From Octopus bimaculoides (lineage: Eukaryota): a stretch of DNA of 64,000 bases. Below, one piece after another: positions 38,078-48,710 of the stretch. Made by a program: the position numbers and the translations under genes. Location: positions 10,180,775 to 10,244,774 of the forward strand of contig NC_068995.1 of the NCBI RefSeq assembly GCF_001194135.2. The letters run 5' to 3'. How positions within the stretch are numbered: position 1 is the first letter of the stretch; each line of letters begins with the position of its first letter. The notes beneath the pieces are model-generated. The model was not told the origin of the DNA. It saw only the letters and a list, made by a program, of their open reading frames with translations, and made no database searches.

Positions 38078-38632
38078 ATGCTCTGATGCAGTACCAGGTA
38101 GTGCTCTCATGACCTCTCATATTTACTGATTGGAAGTGATATCATGTACATTGTTTTGTCTTGGTATAAAAGATGGGCTACAGCAAATATTCTGCTCAAT
38201 ACCACAGATTTGCTTGTTAGTTGCTTGACTTTAACCAGTTGAGCATGTCCCTTGGTGGCTGACGATATATGCATCTCTGATCACGAGCAGAGGTAGTAGG
38301 GGAGCATCATAACCATATGTTGAGAGGAATTCTTTGGGGTTTGCATAATTCACCTTTGGAAACATGGGTGTTTCGTTCGACATCCTTAAACAACCCTTAT
38401 TCAGGGACCTTTGAGCGGAATGGGCTACTCGACCTGAAGAAAATTCTAACTGGGCCCCCACCTGTGAGGTCATGCACTGTTTATCTTGATATGAGATCAC
38501 CATGTCGCGCACATATGGTTGTGATGCATGTGCCTGGTGTACCCTTATCAGACGGGTAGTCATGATGGGTATACTGAGCTTCGTATATTTTACCCCAGTG
38601 TCACTTTGATGGCTTGCACTATTCTCTCGCTC
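38078..38632. mobile_element. 555-bp orphan interspersed repeat, copy 1
   Basis: Colinear with 60403-60957 (same ends and length) and with 57980-58494 in reverse; flanked by AAT/GAT repeats. Confidence 0.9.
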
Positions 38633-39370
38633 AATAATAAATAATAACAACAATAATAAAAATAACAATAATAATGATAATGATGATGACAGAATGCTGA
38701 TAATAGTAATTTTTTCTCCTGATGTATCTTATTCCTAATCTACTTTTTTATTTCATTCTTCTTTATTTCTGTATTTGCTTGCTTTTGTAGCTGTTCTTTT
38801 CTTCTTCGTCTACTTCCTTCCACCTTCATTCCCTTACTTTTCTTTCAATTCTTGCAACATCCACAGTTTAAATGTTGCATGAACAGGATATTAGCGTATC
38901 GACCCATATTAATCAGGTTCCACTCTCACTTCCACAACTACCCCACTACTCTAACTTGTACCCGTAATACAGTAATGTATTATTATTATTATTATTATTG
39001 GCTTTTACTATTCTTCATTGTTCCATTTCTCGGTAAATATACTTCAAATGCATTATGATTGAAGCAGAAATCAATACTTATGAAATTAATCACAATTACA
39101 ATGACGGAGTAATTGATAATTAATTGATCCCAAGTACTTCATTGTTACTCAATTTATCGAGAGCAACTCCCCTACTCCACCGCTTCGGAAGAGTTGCCGA
39201 TCCTCAAATTTAATGAAAACGGACGTTCGTCAATGCTGCAGGGTATTTTTTCCCATTGCTTCTCGTTATACTCATAACCAGTATTCATACAATTCCACCT
39301 CTGTTACTACTACTGCTACTACTACTGGTCTTGTGCCAAAATAAGAAATTACTACTTCTACTACTACGAC

Positions 39371-39415
<45 letters not shown>

Positions 39416-39416
<1 letters not shown>

Positions 39417-39798
39417 CCTTTCTACTATAGGCGCAAGGTGTGAAATTTGGGGCAGCGGGCCAAGTACTTAATTTATTGACCTCGAAATGATGAACGGCAA
39501 AGTCGACCTCGGTGGAATTTGAACTCAGAATGTTGCAGCAGACGAAATGCCGTAAAGCTCGCTGCCTTAATAATAATAATAATAATAATAATAACAATAA
39601 TAATAATAATATTCCTTTCTACTATAGGCACAAGTTTTGAAATTTGTGGGGAGCGGGCCAGGTACTTAATTTATTGACCTCGAAAGGATGAAAGGCAAAG
39701 TCGACCTCGGTGAAATTTGAACTCAGAATCGTTAACACGCCGGACGAAAAGCTTAGCGATATTTCGCCCGACATTCCGTTCTGTCAGCTTGCCACCTT
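39416..39798 (-). mobile_element. Head-to-tail tandem of two SINE family B copies
   Basis: 39416-39571 and 39612-39798, separated and flanked by (AAT)n. Confidence 0.9.
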
Positions 39799-39811
39799 GA
39801 TGATGATGATG

Positions 39812-39853
<42 letters not shown>

Positions 39854-40021
39854 CCAAGTATCAAAACTGATGATGTGCGGAAAGAGAGAGCTCTGATAAC
39901 AGGCTGCTGTCTGCTCTCACAGATTGAACCAGAGCGAACAAGACCGAGCGCTCTAAGAAGTAAAACAATAGTAATATCATTCGTATAAAACAATGCAGCA
40001 AGGACAAGAAAAATGATAATT

Positions 40022-40195
40022 CTTTATAATTTTGGCACAGTTTCAGCAATTTTGATGGGAGGTAGGAGCACCAATTATTTTGACCCCAGTACATGCCTGA
40101 TACTTATTTTATCGATCTCGAACGAATAGAAAGCAAGATTGACCACGACGTGTTTTGGGACTCAGAACGTGGGGAAACGCTAATCATTTCTTATT
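40022..40195 (-). mobile_element. SINE family B, old copy
   Basis: TTGGCACAG...TTTATCGATCTCGAACGAATAGAAAGCAAG...GACTCAGAACG. Confidence 0.7.
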
Positions 40196-40399
40196 TCGAC
40201 GACGACGTGAACGACAACGACGACGACGACGAAGACGTCGATGACGGCATTGAGGATGATGATGATGATGATTATGATGATGAGGATGATAATGCTGATG
40301 ACGACAACAACGATGATGTTTGCATTAAGAATACGCCCACACAAAATCTGACAGAACGATTATATTAATCATGAACACAAGGAGCTTTAGGGGCCCTTA

Positions 40400-41627
40400 T
40401 GGAACTAGAAAACTATTATGAAATAACCACTGTAGGACTACAAACATATTTAGTAAAGAAAAATGGGAAACTAATACAAATAGCTGCAAAACACTAGCAT
40501 AATACAATATGTTTTCTCTTTCTTTTGAAGACATAAAATACAACAAAGTCAAGTTAAAGCTTAAAGTAACAGAAAGAAGAAACAATAGCTGAAAGTGTAT
40601 TAAAAAAAAAAAACGAAACTGAACTGAAAATGAGACTCCAGAATGTCGTGCTGAACGGATGGCAACTAACGTTAAAATAGTTTTTAAAAAAACACTAGAA
40701 CAGTGTAGTAATAGAGAAAGAATAATTGTATCTTGGCTTGAATAATAGTACAAGACTGCAAATTGGAATTGAAATATTATTGATTGTGGCACAAGATCAA
40801 ATCTTTTCCACTAGAAACTACCAAAAGACATGTAATGAGGTAAAATAATGATGTATTAATTGCTGAGTATGTGGAGATCGGGAAAAAACACATGTAACTA
40901 TATTTTGTACGGCTGCCTTGTATTAATCAAGAGAGACTACGTACAACATGATAGAGTTTGAGGTTTTTGGATACGTTAGAAATAATGAAATACTAACAGA
41001 AAATAGGTAGTATGTATCATAAAAGGTCTCGCAGCATGGCAAAACGGTAATAATAAGGATATACCAATTCACACAAAGAAGGGGATCAAGGATGATCAGT
41101 CACATTTTGTTATGAAGGTTTATCAGGAAAGGAAGTCATCCTAGCTGAAATATCACCCTTAATAAACGGTAATGTGTTTTGCAAATGAAAGACAAAATTA
41201 TCCCAAATATAAAGATCTTGACATGGAGGTAACCAGAACTTGGTGGTTGAAAGGGAAATTAACCTTTATAACAATAGATGCCTTGAGACGAATACATATA
41301 TATACTCTTTTACTTGTTTCAGCCATTTGACTGCGGCCATGCTGGGGCACCGCCTTTAGTCGAGCAGATCGACCCCGGGACTTATTCTTTGTAAGCCTAG
41401 GACTTATTCTCTCGGTCTCTTTTTGCCGAACCGCTAAGTTACAGAGACGTAAACACACCAGCAGCGGTTGTCAAGCGAAGTTGGGGGGACAAATACAGAC
41501 ACACAAACATATACACACACATACGTATATACATATATACGACGGGCTTCTTTCAGTTTCCGTCTACCAAATCCACTCAAGGTTTTGGTCGGCCCGGGGC
41601 TATAGTAGAAGACACTTNNNNNNNNNN

Positions 41628-41664
<37 letters not shown>

Positions 41665-42120
41665 TAGAGAAAAACCACTATGAAATAATTCAATAAAGAA
41701 GAATTTAATTCATACCCTCCATAAAATAAATATATCATAAAAACCTTATTTAAAAAATCAGTAAAAATACATAAAAGAATAACTAGTAAATGATTATAAA
41801 GGACAAAGAAGTGGTATATTATCATATAATAATTAAGCAGATCCCAAAGAAATTGAAAAGACTAAGAAATATTAGGATCTAGCCAGAGAGATCGTGGAAG
41901 ACTAAAACAACTTTTATTCCTGATGTAATTAGTACATTTGGCACGACACCCAGTCTGCTACTTAAAAAGCTGACAGACATTCGAACTGTGACTTGCATTG
42001 TCGACCTGCAGAAACGGGGAAATCTCCATTCTGTATGAATCTTAGAAAAATTCTTGAGATTTGGGGAAACTTGTTGTCACCAAACTTCTAGACAACATTC
42101 CTGCTAATTAATAGCAATTC

Positions 42121-42154
<34 letters not shown>

Positions 42155-42160
42155 TTAATA
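40400..42160 (+). pseudogene. Heavily decayed R4/Dong-like LINE 3' region, split by a SINE A insertion and a gap
   Basis: LLIVAQDQIFSTRNYQK, VCGDRE, QHDRV; after the SINE, KY*DLAREI and IVDLQK, ending in (AAT)n. Confidence 0.7.
41303..41617 (-). mobile_element. SINE family A (head in gap)
   Basis: CTCTTTTACTTGTTTCAGCCATTTGACTGCGGCCATGCTGGGGCACCGCC...GTAGAAGACAC. Confidence 0.93.
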
Positions 42161-42254
42161 TAGGATACTTAGGAGGGTTCTTGGCATCTAAGGTTACTTA
42201 TCGTAACGCGATGTTAGAATTTTTCTTTCTTAACAGCCTAGTCCGATGTGAGTA

Positions 42255-42765
42255 TGTGAAGAAGAAGAATTTTGGCACAAAGCCAGAAACATGGAGGAGA
42301 TGGTTAGTCGATTACATCGACCCTAGTACTCAACTGGTACTTATTTTGTCGATCCCGAAAGGATGAAAAGCAAAGTCAATCTCGGCGGAATTTGAACTCA
42401 GAACGTAAAGACGGACGAAATACTGCTAAGCATTTTGCCCGGTATGTTAAATTTCTGTCAGCTCACCGCCTTGATTATAATAATAATAATAATAATAATA
42501 ATAATCCTTCCTACTATAGGTACAAGGCTTGAAGTTTTCAGGAAGGGACCAGTCGATCACGCCAACCCTAGTGCTTAACTGGTGCTTACCGACCCCAAAA
42601 GGGTGAAAGGCAAATTTACGTACTACTTAGTTTTCTGAGCCTTGAAGGATAAAAGGTAAAGTCGATTTCGACGGGATTTGAACTCAGAACGTAAAGAACT
42701 GGCAGGAATCTCCTTTAGCATTTCGGCCAACGCTTTAAAGATCCTGCGAAACCATCGTCCTCGAA
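42255..42765 (-). mobile_element. Tandem run of three SINE family B copies/fragments
   Basis: 42255-42473, 42504-42620, 42628-42765; (AAT)n between the first two. Confidence 0.85.
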
Positions 42766-43283
42766 TGATGTTTATAAAAATAATAATAATAATAACAAAA
42801 CTATAAAAATTATAGCAACAACAACAGGAACAACAACATAAAGATATAAAATACCGCAAAGAGGAAATGATGACATTCTTCAGAATCAAATAAATATTTA
42901 TCTAGCATCACCGCAACCACCGACAGCACCACCACCATCTCATTCATCACTGATTAATCCCTTGGAGTACCATCGTCCCATACAAACCCTTAAACACACA
43001 TACATTCCATTATTGCTTTCCGTAATGTGTTTATATATGCACTTGTGAAAACACTTTACGCCATGCTTTCGTGGTTGCTAGTCTACTTCCGGTATGTTGT
43101 TGGCTTCTTTTCAACAACAACAACAGCAGCAGCAGCTGCAGCAGCAGCAGTAGTAGTAGTACGATATACTGCAAGAACAGCGATGATAATAACAAAGCAA
43201 TAACAGAAATAATCTATACTACTGGTGACGATGATGACAACGATGATGATGACGATGATCAAGACCATGACAATGATGATGAT

Positions 43284-43490
43284 CTTTTCTACTATAGGCG
43301 CAAGACCTGGACTTTGGGTGAGGGGTATAGTCGATTCCATCGACCACACTGTTCCACTGGTACTTAATTTATCGACGCCGAAAGGATGAAAAGCAAAGTC
43401 AACCTTGGTGGAATTTGAACTCAGAACGTAGCGACGGGCGAAATGCCATTAAGCATTTTTGTCCAGCGTGCTAACGATTCTTCAAACTCG
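43284..43490 (-). mobile_element. SINE family B
   Basis: TCTTTTCTACTATAGGCGCAAG tail to GCTAACGATTC...CTCGCC head. Confidence 0.88.
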
Positions 43491-43700
43491 CCTAACTTGT
43501 AATCTGGATATAATAACTGAAGATTTCCCAATAGTTCGGCATAAGTGTTCTCTTTTTCACTGATCTTCAGCTTTGTGTTAACATCCACTGGACAGCTAAT
43601 TTCCACAACTGTACACAATTTCTCTTCTCTATCCCAAATCATTATATCGGGTCTATTGTGCTTACATTTTATTGAGGTACATTCCACCAATACTTTTTAT
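43491..43700 (-). pseudogene. R4/Dong-like restriction-like endonuclease fragment
   Basis: HNRPDIMIWDREEKLCTVVEISCPVDVN...EKENTYAEL (PD..E..K motif); same family as 22290-22450. Confidence 0.88.
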
Positions 43701-44434
43701 TATGAATGGCTATATGTATGTATGTATGTATGATTATATGTACGAATGTATATATGTATGAATGTACGTACGTATGTATATATATATATATATATGAATG
43801 TATGTACGTACGTATGCATGTATATATGTATCTATGTAGGTACATATGTATGCGTGTATTTACATAGGTACGTATGCTTGTATGCATGCATGCATGTATG
43901 TATTTACATAGGTACGTATGTATGTACATATATATGTAAGTATATACGTATGTATGTACGTATGTATGTACGTATGTATGCACGCATGTGTGTATGTACG
44001 TATGAATCTATGCATTATGCATGTATGCATGTACTTACGTGTGTATGTATTTACGGATATATGTATGTATGCATGCATGCATGAGTGCATAAATGTATGT
44101 ATGTATGAAAATGTATATATATGTTTATATGTATATACGTAATTTAGACAAGATATTGGTAACGCTGTGTAAACATTTTTGTGACTTTTGTTGTTTTGTT
44201 GTCGTTGCTGTTATGTTTTGTTGTTGTAGCTGTTATTGTTAAGAAGTAAGTCGTCATGATCAATCTCATCAGTATAAAAAGCAACAGAAACTTGATTCTT
44301 TTCCCTTTCAAGCTATGTTTTCTGTTTAATTCTGTGTATTTTTCACGTATTTTCTAAGATGTCAAAGATTTCTTGTTTTGCTACATTTTGTTACTTTTTT
44401 TAGTGAGGAGGCATTTTCTGAACGAATGTGCTGA

Positions 44435-44560
44435 ATGCCACTTGTCAAAGAAAGGTTGTCAAAATCGTTTTCCCCCGACAAATCAAAGACCTCTCCGATA
44501 CCAGATTACTCTGACCAAAGACATGCGCAATCTTCCAGTTGGGCCATCCAATCTGCAGTC
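44435..44560 (+). CDS. Probable first coding exon of an unidentified host gene (exon 44404-44560): MPLVKERLSKSFSPDKSKTSPIPDYSDQRHAQSSSWAIQSAV
   Basis: Strong acceptor TTACTTTTTTTAG at 44403, in-frame TGA just before the ATG, 42 open codons, donor GTC|GTATGT (phase 0); unique, GC-raised sequence. Confidence 0.5.
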
Positions 44561-44737
44561 GTATGTTTAGAGTCGGCTATTAACTAAAGCATATTTGTCA
44601 CTCTCACCGATCTTTTAATGAATTTACCTCAAAGATAGACCTTCTTTCTCCAGCAACTTCGTCTTCATGTGGTGCTCGAAACAAATGATAAAGGTTCACT
44701 TTAGAGGAAAAGCTCTATCTTCAGTCCTCTCAGTATT

Positions 44738-44912
44738 TAAGGCGGTGAGCGTTATTTTGTTTCGTCTTTACATTCTGATTTCAAGTTCCTCCGATGTCGA
44801 CTTTCCTTTCATACTTTCAGAGTCAATAAAAATAAATACCAATTGATTATTGTGGTTGATGTTATCGACTTGCCCCTTCCCTCGAAACGTTGCTCTTATG
44901 CCAAAATCTGAA
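44738..44912 (+). mobile_element. SINE family B, internally deleted
   Basis: AAGGCGGTGAGC head, GTCGACTTTCCTTTCATAC..., CCCCTTCCCTCGAAAC tail. Confidence 0.75.
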
Positions 44913-45174
44913 ACGAATATACCCCGCTATTTTATCAGGGGGGAAACCCGCTTGGCCTTCCTAGTCAAACGAAGGCAGTTGGGTACGTTATGCAATTTTC
45001 TTTTGTCTGAAGGCTACAGTGGAAAGTGTGGAATAGTAATCAATACTGAGAGCACATGAGTTCCTCTTCTTTATCCTCTTACTGTAGTAAACACTTGAAA
45101 AGAAAGCTACCGCTGGAGAGAGAAAATTGATTCGGTTGATAGCTGTATGTTCTACATGTAACAGCTACTTTTAG

Positions 45175-45223
45175 ACAAAACTTACTAAGTCAGTTATATT
45201 CGACTGTTTGAACAATGTCCAAG
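45175..45223 (+). CDS. Possible 49-nt exon (TKLTKSVIFDCLNNVQ)
   Basis: CTACTTTTAG acceptor and strong AAG|GTACGT donor; open in phase 0 after exon 44560. Confidence 0.3.
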
Positions 45224-45295
45224 GTACGTGAAAAACGCTTTCATCAACTTATGAGAATTTCAGACAAGCTCAGTTGATGATACTCGGACTGGTAT

Positions 45296-45490
45296 TGTAT
45301 TTATTTCTTTATTGTCCACAGGGGGCTAAACACAGAAGGGACAAACAAGGACAGACAAAGGGATTAAGTCGATTACATCAACCCCAGTGCATAACTAGTA
45401 CTTATTTAATCGACTCCGAAAAGATGAAAGGCAAAGTCAACCTCGGCGGAATTTGAACTCAGAACGTAACGGCAGACGAAATACCACCAA
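45296..45490 (-). mobile_element. SINE family B with alternative 3' tail
   Basis: Tail TTTCTTTATTGTCCACAGGGGGCTAAACACAGAAGGGACAAACAAGGACAG, shared with the 23770 copy. Confidence 0.9.
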
Positions 45491-45886
45491 GTTTTTTGTT
45501 CATTAAAGCATGGAATACAGGTCCGACTTCGCATTTAGTACTTCCTTTCCATTTTTCTGAGACATTTTTTTCAAATAAAAACGTGTCTTTTGTATGGCAT
45601 TATATACGGTAATGACTTTCTGTAGTACGACCAGCAATAATTAGTTTTGAAACTCTCTGGAAATTTGTAAAAATATACAATGTGTTGACATCGCGAATGG
45701 AGCTGGCTGCTTGATTCGTCATTGTTGTCGTCAATGTTTTTTGTCCCAAGTCAGCAGCGGTCGAATTAACTTGTGATGAAAGGCGTCACTGCTTTGACCA
45801 TGAAATCATTGTAAAAAATGTCTACAATACCCAAAGCGTATTTCACAGCAGGAGATAAAGCTCTCTCTTTTTTTTATTATTTACAG

Positions 45887-45919
45887 CACACCGCTCGGCA
45901 AATAGTGTTTCGAGTGATC
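45887..45919 (+). CDS. 33-nt micro-exon (HTARQIVFRVI in phase 0, or AHRSANSVSSD in phase 1)
   Basis: Very strong acceptor CTCTCTCTTTTTTTTATTATTTACAG and consensus donor GTAAGT; length 3n; open in two frames. Confidence 0.55.
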
Positions 45920-46402
45920 GTAAGTAAATGAAAAATAGGTGAAACTGTAATTAATAGAAAGTTAGTGACTAGGAAATTACACAAAGATAAAGAAATACTG
46001 CGTAAAATCGAAACTATGAGAATGCCACTGTTTGTGATTGTGCAAATATTTTCGTCTTAAAGGGCTAACAAACCCATGCTAGTTTAGCATATTTTTAAAA
46101 ACCGTAGGATAGTAACACAACAGGTGTTGACAAAATGCGATCTAAATTTAGCAAATCCATTAGCTTAGTTGAGAGAGTTTTGAAGATAATGAATCGATTC
46201 AACGAAACCCATTAGTAGCAAGCCACTCAAGTATTCAACAAGACTCTTCTTTTCAGATGAATGAAGTGAATGGAGCCTTTCTTTCGACTATAATGTCGAT
46301 AAAAGGTGAAAACATTTCAGACTAATTTACTTGCCAGTACACATCACCCGTAGACATCCACATCGTTCGCTATATACGCAAATATATTTGAGCAAACTTT
46401 TC

Positions 46403-46770
46403 ATGTGGTTGCTGGACAATGCTAGAAATAGAGCTTGTATATTGTTGTCGAACCTGCTAAAAGAAATAGTCTCTCTGTGTGGTCGTGGGACCTGCAAGAA
46501 ACAGAGTGTCTATGTGGTGTTTGGGCGTTCTAGAAACATCACTTTTCTTTGAAAATGATAGAGATAAATAACGAAAAACATTCAGATTTAAATGGAAGTA
46601 AATGTTGACGTCGTTTACTAGACACACTTTTGCAATCGAAGAAGACCCATCGTGGTTGTTGGACCTCCTAGAAATAACGGTCGAAACCCTTTCAAACCGC
46701 ACGTCATTATCTTTAAAAAAAGATAGGAATGACACATTAAAATATGTGGCTCTAGATATCCCTAAAAAGA
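46403..46770. repeat. Degenerate array of a GTGGT-N11/12-CTAGAAA motif
   Basis: Copies start at 46405, 46441, 46479, 46514 (35-38 bp period), 46652 and 46745. Confidence 0.6.
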
Positions 46771-47174
46771 TGCGATGGCCACTAACGAGTAGCATGCCTT
46801 TGGTCATTGGTTCACTCGGTGAGAGGTTAAGTGGGGCGAAAACCACAACGACAACATACACAGCTCATACATATCCTCATAAGTGATCAAAGAAAGAAAT
46901 CAAAGCATCATTAATCATGCACGAATACATAGGTGTGTGTAGGTTCATTCATGAATTTAGAAACACAGTGTATCGTATTTTGTACAGAAGAGCTGTTAAT
47001 TTTATTTCTAATTTATTCTTTTACTTTCCATGTGAATAGTTAGACAGAACTAAAACCATTGTTAATTGACGAGGAGTTTCAAGAAATAGAAGCAAAATTT
47101 CCAGAAGTTAAGCATAATCTTCACAGCTTATTTAGATGCTAAGGAAAGGCAGTCAGTCTGATCTTTGTTTGCAG

Positions 47175-47243
47175 ACAAGGAACAACTGCGGACATCCATT
47201 TTGGGCAGTCTAATCTCCTTAGTATTGTACTTTCTCAACTTAG
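47175..47243 (+). CDS. Possible 69-nt exon (KEQLRTSILGSLISLVLYFLNL; hydrophobic)
   Basis: TCTTTGTTTGCAG acceptor, TAG|GTACAG donor; open only in phase 1, compatible with the 45175+45887 chain. Confidence 0.25.
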
Positions 47244-47460
47244 GTACAGATCAGAAAATTGCATTTGTATATCTAAAATAGTAACTAAGTATATTTTAGC
47301 CAATGGGCAAAATTAATAGTAAAAAATTAAAAGAGGTACGCAATATAACGAAACCTGCACATATATTTATACTCATCAGATGAAGGATTTTCTTTCTCCC
47401 TGAGAAACCGGCTGCGCCTCCGGAAAATACAACAGTAACGAGCTAGCTACACGATCTTAC

Positions 47461-47828
47461 TTCAGCTCATCGTTTTCATTGAAGTATATGCCATCGGCGA
47501 TTTCCTCTGCTGTCCTACACTCTGCGCTGTCATTTCCGTTTCTCTCCAAATGGATAAATCTTTTTCCTTGAAGCTTAATTCCGATTTTGCTGCACCACGT
47601 CAAAAGTTTCCCCGAAGGAAGACTTTCTTCTGCCAGTCTTGTCCGTTTTGATTTGTCATCAGTGTATATTAAATGTTGCAGCCTTTGTTCTGAGTACAAG
47701 TGCTTACTTGACTCATTTTCACCTCTGCGAAGAAGCGGTTTATAATTAGTCTGGCCTGTATATTTTGACCTGTCCAGTAGGGGAGGCGACATCTGGATGT
47801 TGCACTCCATTGGTATAGCTCTCAGCAT
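47461..47828 (-). CDS. Unidentified antisense ORF/exon (122 codons, MLRAIPMECN...IYFNENDEL)
   Basis: ACCATG context, non-repetitive composition, ends at AA|GTAAGA donor; upstream acceptor-like TTTCCTCCGATCTTGTAG at 47883; no recognised domain. Confidence 0.35.
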
Positions 47829-48037
47829 GGTTGTGATACACAAGCCACCACAAGCTTACAGAGAGTGGAGCTCCTGGCGGAACTACAAGATCGGAGGAAA
47901 TATATTATTATACACGTCTAGCGTATTGAGTTCATTTCTCTTTTCCTTTTCTCCCGTTGTTTAATATAATGATACACGCGCACGTATTCTTGGATATATA
48001 CTTATTACATTGATTATATATATATACATATATATAT

Positions 48038-48196
48038 ACGACGGGCTTCTTTCAGTTTCCGTCTACCAAATATACTCAGAAGGCTTTAGTCGGCCCGAGA
48101 CAATAGTAGTAGACACTTGCCCAAGGTGCCACGTAGTGGGACTGAACCCGGAACCATGTGGTTCGTAAGCAAGCTACCTACCACACAGCCACTCCT
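48038..48196 (-). mobile_element. SINE family A 5' half
   Basis: ACGGGCTTCTTTCAGTTTCCGTCTACC...CCAAGGTGCCACG...CCACACAGCCACTCC. Confidence 0.93.
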
Positions 48197-48668
48197 AATG
48201 ATATGTAATTGTAATATCCAAGGATCGAGGTGTAGGAAGTTAGTAAGCTTCGAGTAGTCGTGGTAGCTATAGAAAGCAAATTTCAGTACAATAATAGATT
48301 ATTGGCGTACAAGGTCTTAGGCTTTTCCTACATCGAAGTTCGATACACTGGAAAAAAAATTTTTCTTAAAAACTAGGGTTGCTATGAATGCGAATAACGA
48401 TTCAAATTTTGGGAATGGAGTAGGTAAAATCCAGGCTGCATATGTTTCCTAGATAGCAGAACTTCGGAGGTAATAGTTACTCCACGTGGGGTATCTTACT
48501 ATTTACTCATGAACAGCTAGTGGACTACCCTTCGTTGAAGAAGTATTACATCCGAGGGTCTGATAGCTGAGAAACATGTAAACTGGAACCTATCGAGATA
48601 TATATATATTACATATTTGTATACATACATATATATGCATCTATTTATGATATATACACATATATACC

Positions 48669-48710
<42 letters not shown>

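Noticed and set aside
44628-44698. Minus-strand 71-nt exon (NLYHLFRAPHEDEVAGERRSIFE)
   Set aside because: Needs phase 1, incompatible with the phase-2 donor at 47461; moderate splice sites; cannot be linked.
46602-46886. 94-aa ORF (WLLDLLEI...)
   Set aside because: Overlaps the degenerate motif array, whose copies fall in different frames; no splice or domain support.
48530-48590. TTGAAGA...GAAACATGTA hammerhead-like string
   Set aside because: C3 altered, extra bases before GAAA, no helix I.
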